Source of the DNA: Dehalococcoidia bacterium
Lineage (GTDB): Bacteria; Chloroflexota; Dehalococcoidia; DSTF01; JACRBR01
Direction: 5' to 3'
DNA: 60,950 nucleotides
Assembly (NCBI GenBank): GCA_035286725.1
Contig: DATECV010000205.1
Coordinates: 1-60,950, forward strand
Of the stretch, positions 26,156 to 34,699 are shown piece after piece; the first letter of the stretch is position 1, and every line of letters starts with the position of its first letter. The notes below the pieces were generated by a model. The model saw only the letters and a program-made list of their open reading frames with translations. It did not search any database and had not been told where the DNA came from. The position numbers were made by a program, and so were the translations under genes.

Positions 26156-26173
26156 CACGAAAGGCAACATCGC

Positions 26174-26611
26174 ATGGCTGACCAGACGTATTTCGAGGAC
26201 GTAAAGGAAGGGCAGGAGCTGCCGTCGTTCACCATCGCGCCGGATAAACAGCAGCTCGTGAAGTTCGCAGCCGGCAGTGGCGACTTCAACCCGCTGCACT
26301 TCGATGAGAAGTTCCCGATGCTCAAGGCGATGGGCCTCCAGGACAACATCGTGCACGGGCGATTCAAGTACGCCCAGGTCGGGCGTCTGGTGTTCGCCTT
26401 CGCCGGACCAAAGGGGCGGGTGAAGAAGTTTGGCGTCAGCTATCGCGGCATGGACCTCATCGGCAAGCCCATCACCGTGAAGGGCGTCGTCACGGCCACT
26501 CGTAAGGACGGTGGTGAGAACCTCATCGACCTCGACGTTTGGACCGAGGATGCCGACGGCAAGAAGACCACCCCTGGCACCGCAACCGTTATCCTCCCCA
26601 GCAAGGGATAA
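26174..26611 (+). CDS. MaoC-like (R)-specific enoyl-CoA hydratase hot-dog protein (pair 2, subunit B)
   Basis: GSGDFNPLHFDEKF...IVHG. The C-terminus DVWTEDADGKKTTPGTATVILPSKG mirrors pair 1. Confidence 0.85.
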   Translation: MADQTYFEDVKEGQELPSFTIAPDKQQLVKFAAGSGDFNPLHFDEKFPMLKAMGLQDNIVHGRFKYAQVGRLVFAFAGPKGRVKKFGVSYRGMDLIGKPITVKGVVTATRKDGGENLIDLDVWTEDADGKKTTPGTATVILPSKG

Positions 26612-26655
26612 GATGCCAATCTGACAGGCTGACTAGCTGACAGGCTGAATGGCTC

Positions 26656-27621
26656 ATGCCCGCTCTCGAAGGCAAGGTCGCGATAATCACCGGCAGCGGC
26701 CGTGGCATTGGCCGCGGCATGGCGCTCCTCTTCGCGCAGGAAGGCGCGAAGGTCATCGTCAACGACCCCGGCGTCAACACCGATGGCTCCGGTCACGACA
26801 ACGGCCCCGCCGACCAGGTCGTCGCCGAGATCAAGGCCGCGGGAGGCGAGGCCGTCGCCAGCTACGACTCGGTCGCGACCGTCGATGGCGGTGAGCGCAT
26901 CATCCAGACCGCGCTCGACGCGTTCGGCCAGCTCGACGTCCTCGTGAACAACGCGGGCATCCTCCGCGACCGCATGATCTTCAACATGGGCGAAGAGGAG
27001 TGGGACGCCGTCATCGCCGTGCACCTCAAGGGCCACTTCAACTGCACCAAGCCCGCATCGATCATCTTCCGCCAGCAGCGCCACGGCCGCATCATCAACT
27101 TTTCTTCAGGCTCCGGTATCATCGGCAACGCCGGCCAGGCGAACTACGGCGCCGCCAAGTCCGGCATCGCTGGCTTCACCCGCGTCGTCGCGAAAGACCT
27201 CGGCCGCTACGGCGTCACCTGCAACGCGATCGCCCCCGGCGCCGCCACTCGGATGACCCAGAGCGTCACCGACCAGGCGCGCGAGCTGCGACAGCGCGCC
27301 GGCATCGCCGGTCCCGCGGGCGGTGCCTCGCGCCCCGCCGGTCCGCCACCTCTGCGCGACCCCGAGTACATCGCGCCGATGGCGGCTTACCTCGCCAGCG
27401 ACGATGCCTGGAACATCAACGGACAGGTCTTCCACGTCGCCGGTGGCACCGTCGGTCTCGCCTGGCATCCCACACCGATGCGCACGATCTGGAAGCCGGC
27501 GATGTGGACCCTCGACGACCTGTGCGCGATCGTCCCGTCCCAGCTCATGGCCGGCATTCCAAATCCCGCCCCGCCCCCACCTGATCTCGAGATCCCGGGA
27601 AGGCCTCAGGCCAGCTCCTAG
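26656..27621 (+). CDS. SDR family oxidoreductase, MFE-2/Hsd4A-like 3-hydroxyacyl-CoA dehydrogenase type, copy 1
   Basis: TGSGRGIGRG cofactor motif, NNAGILRDRMIFNM, YGAAK catalytic motif, about 70-aa C-terminal extension. Confidence 0.85.
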   Translation: MPALEGKVAIITGSGRGIGRGMALLFAQEGAKVIVNDPGVNTDGSGHDNGPADQVVAEIKAAGGEAVASYDSVATVDGGERIIQTALDAFGQLDVLVNNAGILRDRMIFNMGEEEWDAVIAVHLKGHFNCTKPASIIFRQQRHGRIINFSSGSGIIGNAGQANYGAAKSGIAGFTRVVAKDLGRYGVTCNAIAPGAATRMTQSVTDQARELRQRAGIAGPAGGASRPAGPPPLRDPEYIAPMAAYLASDDAWNINGQVFHVAGGTVGLAWHPTPMRTIWKPAMWTLDDLCAIVPSQLMAGIPNPAPPPPDLEIPGRPQASS

Positions 27622-27653
27622 CGACGCGGAAGATTGAGCACCGCGAACTGTCA

Positions 27654-27681
27654 ACTGACGACTGACGACTGACGACTGAGA
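27654..27681 (+). repeat. Tandem heptamer (ACTGACG)x3 + ACTGAGA between the two SDR paralogues
   Basis: Read directly. The 7-nt period places TGA in all three frames. Confidence 0.85.
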
Positions 27682-27687
27682 ACTACA

Positions 27688-28656
27688 ATGAACAGACTCG
27701 AAGGACGCGTAGCAGTAGTCACCGGAGCGGGCCGCGGCATCGGCCGTGGCGTCGCGAAGCTCCTCGCCGAAGAAGGCGCCAGCGTCGTCGTCAACGACTT
27801 CGGCGTGAACGTCGACGGCACGAAGCCCGACGCCGGTCCCGCGAAGGACGTCGCCGACGAGATCCGCACTGCCGGGGGCAAGGCCGTCCCCAACTTCGAC
27901 ACCGTGGCGACCGTCGACGGGGGCGAGCGCATGGTCCAGCAGGCCCTCGACGAGTTCGGCCGCCTCGACATCCTCATCAACGTTGCTGGCATCCTCCGCG
28001 ATCGCATGATCTTCAACATGGCCGAGCAAGAATGGGACGACGTGATCGGCGTCCACCTCAAGGGCCACTACTGCACCACGAAGCCCGCCTCTATCGTTTT
28101 CCGCCAGCAGCGCTACGGCCGCATCATCAACTTCTCGTCCATCTCCGGCCTCGGCGGACTCCCCGGCCAGGCGAACTACGGCGCCGCGAAGGCCGGCATC
28201 GCCGGCTTCACCCGAGTCGTCGCCCGCGACCTCGGCCGCTATGGCGTCACCTGCAACGCCATCTCGCCCGGCGCCGCCACCCGCATGACGGCTACCATCC
28301 CGCAGAACACCGGACAACTCCGCCAGCGCGCCGGCACCGCCCCCGTCGCCGCCGCCGCTCCGCGCGAGAGCACCGTCCCGCCCATGCGCGAGCCCGAGTA
28401 TGTCGCCCCTATGACGGTCTTCCTTGCCTGCGATGAGGCTTGGAACATCAACGGCAAGATCTTCTACGTCGCCGGCGGCCGCATCTCCCTCGCCCATGAG
28501 GAATCCCCGATGCGCCAGATCCAGAAGCAGGGCATGTGGACCGTCGACGAGCTCCGCGACCTTGTCCCCTCGCAGCTCACCTACGGCCTCACGAACCCCG
28601 CCCCACCGGCCCCCGATCTGGATCTTCCAGGACGGCCCGTAGCTACAGGAACGTAG
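27688..28656 (+). CDS. SDR family oxidoreductase, MFE-2/Hsd4A-like, copy 2
   Basis: TGAGRGIGRG, NVAGILRDRMIFNM, YGAAK. About two-thirds identical by eye to copy 1. Confidence 0.85.
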   Translation: MNRLEGRVAVVTGAGRGIGRGVAKLLAEEGASVVVNDFGVNVDGTKPDAGPAKDVADEIRTAGGKAVPNFDTVATVDGGERMVQQALDEFGRLDILINVAGILRDRMIFNMAEQEWDDVIGVHLKGHYCTTKPASIVFRQQRYGRIINFSSISGLGGLPGQANYGAAKAGIAGFTRVVARDLGRYGVTCNAISPGAATRMTATIPQNTGQLRQRAGTAPVAAAAPRESTVPPMREPEYVAPMTVFLACDEAWNINGKIFYVAGGRISLAHEESPMRQIQKQGMWTVDELRDLVPSQLTYGLTNPAPPAPDLDLPGRPVATGT

Positions 28657-28783
28657 TTCAACCGTCCCACTCAACTAGTCCATCTGCAACTGGTGCCATT
28701 CTGCGCTGAACCCGACCATAACTCTGGAGGGTCGGAGGACGCACCGCGCGAGTCCCAAGCGGCGAATCCCGATAGCCGCGCTG

Positions 28784-29221
28784 TTGTTCGCTGCCTCGCC
28801 CCTGTTGCTCATAGGGAGCGTGGCAAGCTGCATCGTGGTCATATACGTCGTGAATGACTTCAAGACCGTCGCTGCGGGAGAGTTCCGGGCATTAGCCCGG
28901 CGTGAATTGCCACTCGGCTCATCCGAGCAGGAAGTCGTCGCGTTCCTGCAAAGGGTCGAGGCTTCACCACCGGAGGAAGCGGCGGCGCACATAGGTGTCA
29001 GATCAGAGGTAGCAGCGACGTTTGAACGGGGGGCCGGATGTTACTCCGGTTGTGTGCTCGCGCACGTCGAGCCGACGGCATTGGTACTGTTCGCTCGTTT
29101 GGACAACACGCGAGGCGGCGTCCCCCTCTGCGATGCCGGTGGCGTGTTCGCGTGGTTCATCCTCGATACTGAGCACCGGTTACAGGAGATCGTGACGGAG
29201 GACTTCAGAGCCTGCCTCTGA
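28784..29221 (+). CDS. Hypothetical membrane-anchored protein (145 aa)
   Basis: TTG start, one N-terminal TM segment (LLLIGSVASCIVVIYVV), lower-GC patch, no recognisable domain. Confidence 0.45.
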   Translation: MFAASPLLLIGSVASCIVVIYVVNDFKTVAAGEFRALARRELPLGSSEQEVVAFLQRVEASPPEEAAAHIGVRSEVAATFERGAGCYSGCVLAHVEPTALVLFARLDNTRGGVPLCDAGGVFAWFILDTEHRLQEIVTEDFRACL

Positions 29222-29233
29222 CGACTATAGGAG

Positions 29234-29734
29234 TTACAGGTCGATCCCGTGCTCGACGTCCAGCAGCGCCAGCCGCTGCATGAGCTCCGCCCGGTGGTGA
29301 ATGTCGTGCTCCAGCAGGTGGAACGCGATCCAGTGCCCGCTGTATGTCCGGCCGTCCCAGTCGCTTGTATGCGTCGCGTCAAGCTGGGCCTGGTTCGCCA
29401 GAAACCGCTGCAGGCGCGTATACGTGCGCTCCAGTTCGCGCTTCAGGTCATCCTTCGACCGCGCCGTCGTCCAAATGTTGGGATACGGTTCGCCGTCCTG
29501 AACATCACGCGTCAACCAGCGATCACGAGCGTCCGACACATGGATGAGGATCCCGCGGAAGTTCCACAGCCCCTCTTTCGGGCTCCAGTCGACCTTGTCG
29601 GCTGGCACCAGATCAACGATCCGTAGTAGGTCCTCGTGAACAGACTCCCAGTACGGTGCGATGTCGAGCTGTGGATGTCCGTCGTTCGCCACAGGTACCT
29701 CCAACGACAGGAGCCGCCAATCGGCGACTCCCAC
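29234..29734 (-). CDS. DinB/YfiT-like metal-dependent four-helix-bundle protein
   Basis: DinB-superfamily His motifs (HVSDARDRW..., HWIAFHLLEHDIHHRAEL). Confidence 0.8.
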   Translation of the reverse strand: MGVADWRLLSLEVPVANDGHPQLDIAPYWESVHEDLLRIVDLVPADKVDWSPKEGLWNFRGILIHVSDARDRWLTRDVQDGEPYPNIWTTARSKDDLKRELERTYTRLQRFLANQAQLDATHTSDWDGRTYSGHWIAFHLLEHDIHHRAELMQRLALLDVEHGIDL

Positions 29735-29759
29735 AACCTACAACCGATAACCTACAACC

Positions 29760-31244
29760 TCAGAAGTCCCCTTCGCCCCGCAGATTCCCGTTCGACCGCC
29801 GCAGCTTCTCGAGCGCCTGCGCCTCGATCTGCCGCGCCCGCTCCCGCGTCACACCCAGCTCGTTGCCGACGATGTCCAGCGTCCGCGGCCGCCCGTCCTT
29901 GATCCCGAACCGCAGCTCGATCACCGTCCGTTCGCGCGGCGTCAGCACGTCCAGCGCCGACCGCACGCGCTCACGCAGGAGTTGCCGCCCCGCCTCTTCT
30001 TCAGGCGAAGGCGCCATCACGTCCTCGAGGACGCTGCCCAGCGTGCCTTCCTCTTCCTCGCCCACCGGCGTCTCCAGCGACACGACCGACTGCCGGAGGG
30101 CCCGGGCGGCCTCGCGGACCTTGTCCGGCGGCATGCCCATAAGTTTTGAAAGCTCCGTCGTCTTCGGCTCACGCCCGAGCCGCTGAAACAGCCGTTCCCG
30201 AGCCTGCGAGTACTTCGAGATCAACTCCGTGATGTGGATCGGCAGCCGGATCGTCCGGCCCTTGTCCGCGATCGCCCGGCCCACAGCCTGCCGGATCCAC
30301 CACGTCGCGTACGTGCTGAACCGGAACCCGCGCCGGTGCTCGAACTTCTCCACCGCGCGCATCAGGCCGCCGTTGCCCTCCTGGATCAGGTCCATCAGGG
30401 GCATGCCGCGGCCCGCGTACTTCTTCGCCACGCTCACCACCAGGCGCAGGTTCGCGTTCACCATGTGCTCTTCCGCGCGCTGCGCGATGTGCCGCGCCTG
30501 CCGCACGTACGGCACCAGCACCTTGATCGCCGCGTCGTACTCGCGGTTCGCTTTGCGCGCCGCCGCCTGCGCTTCTTTCAGCTCTGCCTGCGCGCGCTTG
30601 CTCAGCGGCCGACCCGGCCGCGTCTCCAGCGACTTCACGTCCGGCACCCTGGGTGGACCGGCGTACAGGTAGTGCAGCCCATCCTCCAGCGCCTTGTGCG
30701 CCCCCTCCGGGAAGATGCGCTGCGCGACAGACAGCGTGATCAGCAGGTTGCGCACCTGCGTCACGTCGCGCTTCGTCGCCTTCCGGATCTCCTCTTCAGA
30801 GGGCTCATCCATCTTGTCCTGGATGTTGTCCCACAGTTGCTGGAAGAACAGTTGGTTGACCAGCGGCGGACGCAGCGGGTAGCCCTTCAGCACCTTCGAT
30901 CGCCGGACCAGGCTCAGCCCCTCCAGCACCTGCAGCAGCAGCGCGCCGGCGAGCTGCTCCAGCGTCGGTACCATCAGATGCTGCTCCATGTACGCGTCGC
31001 TCAGCTCGTCCAGGATGCGCCCGTTCTCGATCTCCTTCGCCAGCGACACCTCTTCCTCGGGCCGCAGCAGCTTGTAGCGCGCGATCTCATTCAGGTACAG
31101 CTCGACCGAGTCGGGCGTCTCGCCGACCGCCTCTTCTTCGGGCTTGATCGTCGGGAGGGGGATGCGCGTCGTTTCGACGAGCAGGCCTTCCTCCGCGGCC
31201 AGGATCTCCGCCAAGTCTTTCTCGCGCTCTTTCGGCTTCACCAT
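29760..31244 (-). CDS. rpoD: RNA polymerase primary sigma factor (sigma-70)
   Basis: Regions 1.2-4 are present: [72 protein letters not shown]. Confidence 0.95.
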   Translation of the reverse strand: MVKPKEREKDLAEILAAEEGLLVETTRIPLPTIKPEEEAVGETPDSVELYLNEIARYKLLRPEEEVSLAKEIENGRILDELSDAYMEQHLMVPTLEQLAGALLLQVLEGLSLVRRSKVLKGYPLRPPLVNQLFFQQLWDNIQDKMDEPSEEEIRKATKRDVTQVRNLLITLSVAQRIFPEGAHKALEDGLHYLYAGPPRVPDVKSLETRPGRPLSKRAQAELKEAQAAARKANREYDAAIKVLVPYVRQARHIAQRAEEHMVNANLRLVVSVAKKYAGRGMPLMDLIQEGNGGLMRAVEKFEHRRGFRFSTYATWWIRQAVGRAIADKGRTIRLPIHITELISKYSQARERLFQRLGREPKTTELSKLMGMPPDKVREAARALRQSVVSLETPVGEEEEGTLGSVLEDVMAPSPEEEAGRQLLRERVRSALDVLTPRERTVIELRFGIKDGRPRTLDIVGNELGVTRERARQIEAQALEKLRRSNGNLRGEGDF

Positions 31245-31324
31245 CTCAGTTCTCGCTCAATCGCTCACGCGCGCAATCAATTACGGCCGGATCGCTGTCG
31301 TTCGGATCCCAGGTGGTCCAGGAG

Positions 31325-31450
31325 CTACACCACGTCTGGCAGGGGCCACTTGAGGTCACAGCTCAGGCAGCGCGCCTGAATCATCACCCCGCCGTTCCAG
31401 TAGCTCGCCGTGAAGGACTTTCGGCAACGGGGGCATTCCACGCCGCCCAT
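31325..31450 (-). CDS. Possible 41-aa zinc-ribbon protein
   Basis: MGGVECPRCRKSF...ARCLSCDLKW (CxxC...CxxC). ATG preceded by GGGAGGTG at 6 nt. Sits upstream of rpoD. Confidence 0.4.
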   Translation of the reverse strand: MGGVECPRCRKSFTASYWNGGVMIQARCLSCDLKWPLPDVV

Positions 31451-31670
31451 GCGCACCTCCCGCGCGGTAGGCGCCCGTCCGGAAGTCGCCGTCGCCTCTT
31501 CCTTGCCGTCCGGGGCGGTCATACCCCCTCCAACCCACATTCTACAACGAGTCTCGGATGCCTTCTATAGCTTGCTAGACCTGTTATCGCGGCGTTTCGA
31601 TTGTTTGTTTGACGTAACGGCCATCCAGGCGTCGAATTAGGCTAACTTTAGCGATAAGTCGCCACGGGAA

Positions 31671-32000
31671 TCATGCATCCGCGGCCTCCGGGTCAGCTTC
31701 CTCATCATCCTCATCCTCGTCCGCAGCCGCCCATTCTTGCATGGAGACGCACTGGCCGTCCTTCTCGGGGTGCCGGATCACGAATCGCCCCTGGCGCATC
31801 ATCCCCAGTAAGTGCCACTCGAACTGGATCAGCGACCGCGCCTCGTCGTCGGCGGGAATATCCTCGAACGCCACCGGGTACAGGGGCGGCTGGTACCGCG
31901 TCGCCGCCAGCGACCCGACATAACGCCCGCACCGCTCGCACACGAGCCCCGCCCGTATCGTCTCGATGTACTCCGCCATGTTCCGCGGCACGTCCTCCAT
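31671..32000 (-). CDS. Hypothetical protein with acidic C-terminal tail (109 aa)
   Basis: Coding-like ORF with a CERCG motif and a DEDEDDEEADPE tail. Divergent from the methyltransferase. Confidence 0.55.
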   Translation of the reverse strand: MEDVPRNMAEYIETIRAGLVCERCGRYVGSLAATRYQPPLYPVAFEDIPADDEARSLIQFEWHLLGMMRQGRFVIRHPEKDGQCVSMQEWAAADEDEDDEEADPEAADA

Positions 32001-32169
32001 CGGGCGCCATTCTACTCGCCTGCGTCCTTACGTTCGCCCGCGCGACGCCTTCCCGGGTCCGAAGTGCTCGGCCCTGGTTCTCAGTCCTCAGTTCTCGGTT
32101 CTGGGTTCTCCAAAAAACTAAGGGTGTTCCCTCATTCCCGCCGGATCTACTCCCTGATCTAATACGCCC

Positions 32170-33015
32170 ATGGTCCAATCACTTGAACGTCCGCGCCGTG
32201 TCGGCCGGCCCGAACAGCCGTCAGGCCCGGTCCGCATCAGGCGCGACGCCCCTGAGCCCAACCGGATTATCACCGGCGACTGCCTGGACGTCATGCGCGC
32301 CTGGCCCGACGGCTGTATCGACCACTGCATCGTCGACCCGCCCTTCAACATCGGCTCCGGCAGCGGCCGCAAGAGCAAGAACGGCCTCGGCTGGGCCTTC
32401 TCCTCGCACGTCACTATGGCCGAGGGGTGGGACGCATACTCGAAGGACGAGTTCTACGCCTTCAACGTCGAGTGGCTGAAGGAAGTGGCCCGCGTCGTGA
32501 AGCCCAACGGCAACATCCTCGTGTTCGGCACGTATCACAACATCTACCAGCTCGGCTTCATCCTCCAGCACGTCCTCGAGCGCCGCGTACTCAACTCCGT
32601 CATCTGGTCGAAGCCCAACGCCCAGCCCAACATCACCGCGCGCATGCTCACCGAGAGCACGGAGCAGATCATCTGGGCCGTGAACAACCCTCCCGCGAAG
32701 GCCACGGGCTGGACGTTCAACTACTGGGACGCCAAGGAGATGAACGGCGGCAAGCAGATGCGGAACCTGTGGGAGTTCCCCGTCACCGCAAAGCGCGAGC
32801 GCGCCGAGGGCAAGCACCCGTCGCAGAAGCCGGTCGCCCTGCTCGAGCGCGCCGTCCTCCTCGCCTCCAAACCCGGCGAGTTGCTCCTCGACCCCTTCGG
32901 CGGCGCCGGCACCCTCGCCGTCGCTTCACAGAAGCACGCCCGCGACTGGCTCCTCATCGAAAACGTCGAGGCATACGCCGAAATCGCCCGCCGCCGCCTC
33001 ACCGCCGCCGGCTAG
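32170..33015 (+). CDS. Site-specific DNA methyltransferase, beta-class (N6-adenine or N4-cytosine), apparently orphan
   Basis: Motif IV DPPFNIG is N-terminal, followed by GKHPSQKP and motif I LDPFGGAGT near the C-terminus, which is the beta-class order. Confidence 0.85.
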   Translation: MVQSLERPRRVGRPEQPSGPVRIRRDAPEPNRIITGDCLDVMRAWPDGCIDHCIVDPPFNIGSGSGRKSKNGLGWAFSSHVTMAEGWDAYSKDEFYAFNVEWLKEVARVVKPNGNILVFGTYHNIYQLGFILQHVLERRVLNSVIWSKPNAQPNITARMLTESTEQIIWAVNNPPAKATGWTFNYWDAKEMNGGKQMRNLWEFPVTAKRERAEGKHPSQKPVALLERAVLLASKPGELLLDPFGGAGTLAVASQKHARDWLLIENVEAYAEIARRRLTAAG

Positions 33016-33127
33016 GGAGATGTGGCACAGCCGCCCCTCGAAGAGTCGCCGCAGGAGACCGGCTGTGGATGTGCGGGCGGGCCATCCGCCTCGTGAAAGG
33101 CCCGCCGCCCGTCGGTCGCAAAGACCC

Positions 33128-33154
33128 ATCTGTGAAATCTGCGAAATCTGTGGT
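33128..33154. repeat. Tandem 9-bp repeat ATCTGTGAA/ATCTGCGAA/ATCTGTGGT abutting the dinB stop codon
   Basis: Read directly. Same motif and same terminal ATCTGTGGTTC as 98-127. Confidence 0.85.
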
Positions 33155-34231
33155 TCAGTCCTCCCCGTGAAGCGGCTCCCACAGCACCCCCTGCACGCCT
33201 CCCTCATCCACCAGCTTTGAGCACTGGATCCCCAGCAGCCGGAACATGTCCCCCGGCTCCACCACCGAGTCCAACAGTTGCCCCGCCACCGACGCGATCG
33301 TCGCCGTATCGTCCGTCGGCGCCGCCAGCGTCTGCTGGCGCGTCACTGTCTTGAAGTAGCTGTACCGCAGCTTCAAGGCGACCGTGCTCGCACGCGCTCC
33401 CGACTTCCGCAACCGCCGGCCCACCTCATCCGCCGTCTCGCGCAGTACACGCCGCAGCTCCGGCCCATCCGGCAGGTCCACCGCGAACGTCGTCTCCGCC
33501 CCGATCGACTTCCGCTCGTGCTCGGTGATCACCTCGCGCGGGTCGATGCCGCGCGCCATGTCCCGCAGGAACAGCCCGCTCGACCCCAACAGCCGCTGGG
33601 CCTGCGCGTCGCCGCAGGCCGCCAGCTCGCCGATCGTCCGCACGCCCGCGCGCACCAACCCCTGCTCGGTCTTCGGACCGATGCCCCACAGCGCCCGCAC
33701 CGGCAGCGGCGCCAGGAAGGCCGCCTCCGTTCCCGGGGCGACTGCGACCAGCCCGTCAGGCTTCCGCATGTCCGACGCGATTTTCGCCACGCTCTTGCTG
33801 CTGCCAACCCCGCACGACAGTGTCAGCCCCGTCTTCTCCCGCACTTCGCGCTTCAGTTCGCGGGCCAGTGTTTCGGGATCGGCACCATCATCGACCCACC
33901 CCGTCACGTCGAGGTACGCCTCGTCCAGCGACAGCGGCTCCACCAGTGGCGTCAGCGCCCGGAACACCGCCATCACCGCCCGTGACACCTCCGCGTACCG
34001 CCCGAACCGCGGCGAGACGCGCAGCAACTCAGGGCACAGCCGCACCGCCCGGCTCATCGGCATTGCGGACCGCACGCCGAACGCCCGCGCCTCGTACGAT
34101 GCCGCCGCCACCACCCCGCGCCCCTCGGGTGACCCGCCGACCGCCACCGGCTTCCCGCGCAGCGCCGCGTTGTCGAGCTGTTCCACCGACGCGTAGAAGG
34201 CGTCCAGGTCGGCGTGGATGATCGTCCGCAT
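33155..34231 (-). CDS. dinB: DNA polymerase IV (Y-family)
   Basis: IIHADLDAFYASVEQL, SYEARAFGV, LSLDEAYLDVT and little-finger-region motifs. Confidence 0.95.
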   Translation of the reverse strand: MRTIIHADLDAFYASVEQLDNAALRGKPVAVGGSPEGRGVVAAASYEARAFGVRSAMPMSRAVRLCPELLRVSPRFGRYAEVSRAVMAVFRALTPLVEPLSLDEAYLDVTGWVDDGADPETLARELKREVREKTGLTLSCGVGSSKSVAKIASDMRKPDGLVAVAPGTEAAFLAPLPVRALWGIGPKTEQGLVRAGVRTIGELAACGDAQAQRLLGSSGLFLRDMARGIDPREVITEHERKSIGAETTFAVDLPDGPELRRVLRETADEVGRRLRKSGARASTVALKLRYSYFKTVTRQQTLAAPTDDTATIASVAGQLLDSVVEPGDMFRLLGIQCSKLVDEGGVQGVLWEPLHGED

Positions 34232-34343
34232 AGCCCCGATCGTACCCGCCGCGGCCCACTATTTCAGCGCGATAGCACCGGAAGCCCTACGGTGCGCCGC
34301 CGGTGCGCCGACATCGGTAACAGAAGACTCGGGGGAGCGGACC

Positions 34344-34571
34344 ATGGAACCCCTGCTCGTCGCAATCGCCGGTGTGCCCTGGCAGCACTGGGCCGTTCTC
34401 GCCGCCGCGGGCTGGACGCTCGCCCTCGTCTGCTTCGTTGGATATCACCTGCCCCGTCGTCCAGCTTCGCCGGCCGCCCGCGCCTACCTGCAGCTCGTGC
34501 GGCATCGCCCGCCCGACGATCTACGCATCGAGCACGACCGCCTCTTCCACCCACGCGGCCGCGCCGCCTGA
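34344..34571 (+). CDS. Possible small membrane protein (75 aa)
   Basis: MEPLLVAIAGVPWQHWAVLAAAGWTLALVCFVGY has two hydrophobic segments, with GGGGGAG upstream. Weak support. Confidence 0.3.
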   Translation: MEPLLVAIAGVPWQHWAVLAAAGWTLALVCFVGYHLPRRPASPAARAYLQLVRHRPPDDLRIEHDRLFHPRGRAA

Positions 34572-34699
34572 GGAAGACCAAAGCTGCCCCCGTCGTTCCC
34601 ACCGAACCGTGCAGCGCACGCCGCGCCACACCAGGTCGATGGCCAGCGTGAGCCCCACCGGCCCGCTCCCGGCGATGAGCACCTGCACGTCGTGCGTCG

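Noticed and set aside
27654-27681. Short tandem repeats as a possible CRISPR or mini-array
   Set aside because: The units are 7 nt with no spacers, there are only about 4 copies, and no cas genes are present. It is not a CRISPR array.
32170-33015. Restriction-modification system
   Set aside because: There is no nuclease-like ORF on either side. The neighbours are dinB and a small acidic protein. I called it an orphan methyltransferase.
34232-34343. PafBC-type (RecA-NDp) or LexA-type box upstream of dinB
   Set aside because: A TGTCGGCG segment is present, but the required downstream TAnnnT at the right spacing is not. No CGAAC-N4-GTTCG-like palindrome was seen either.
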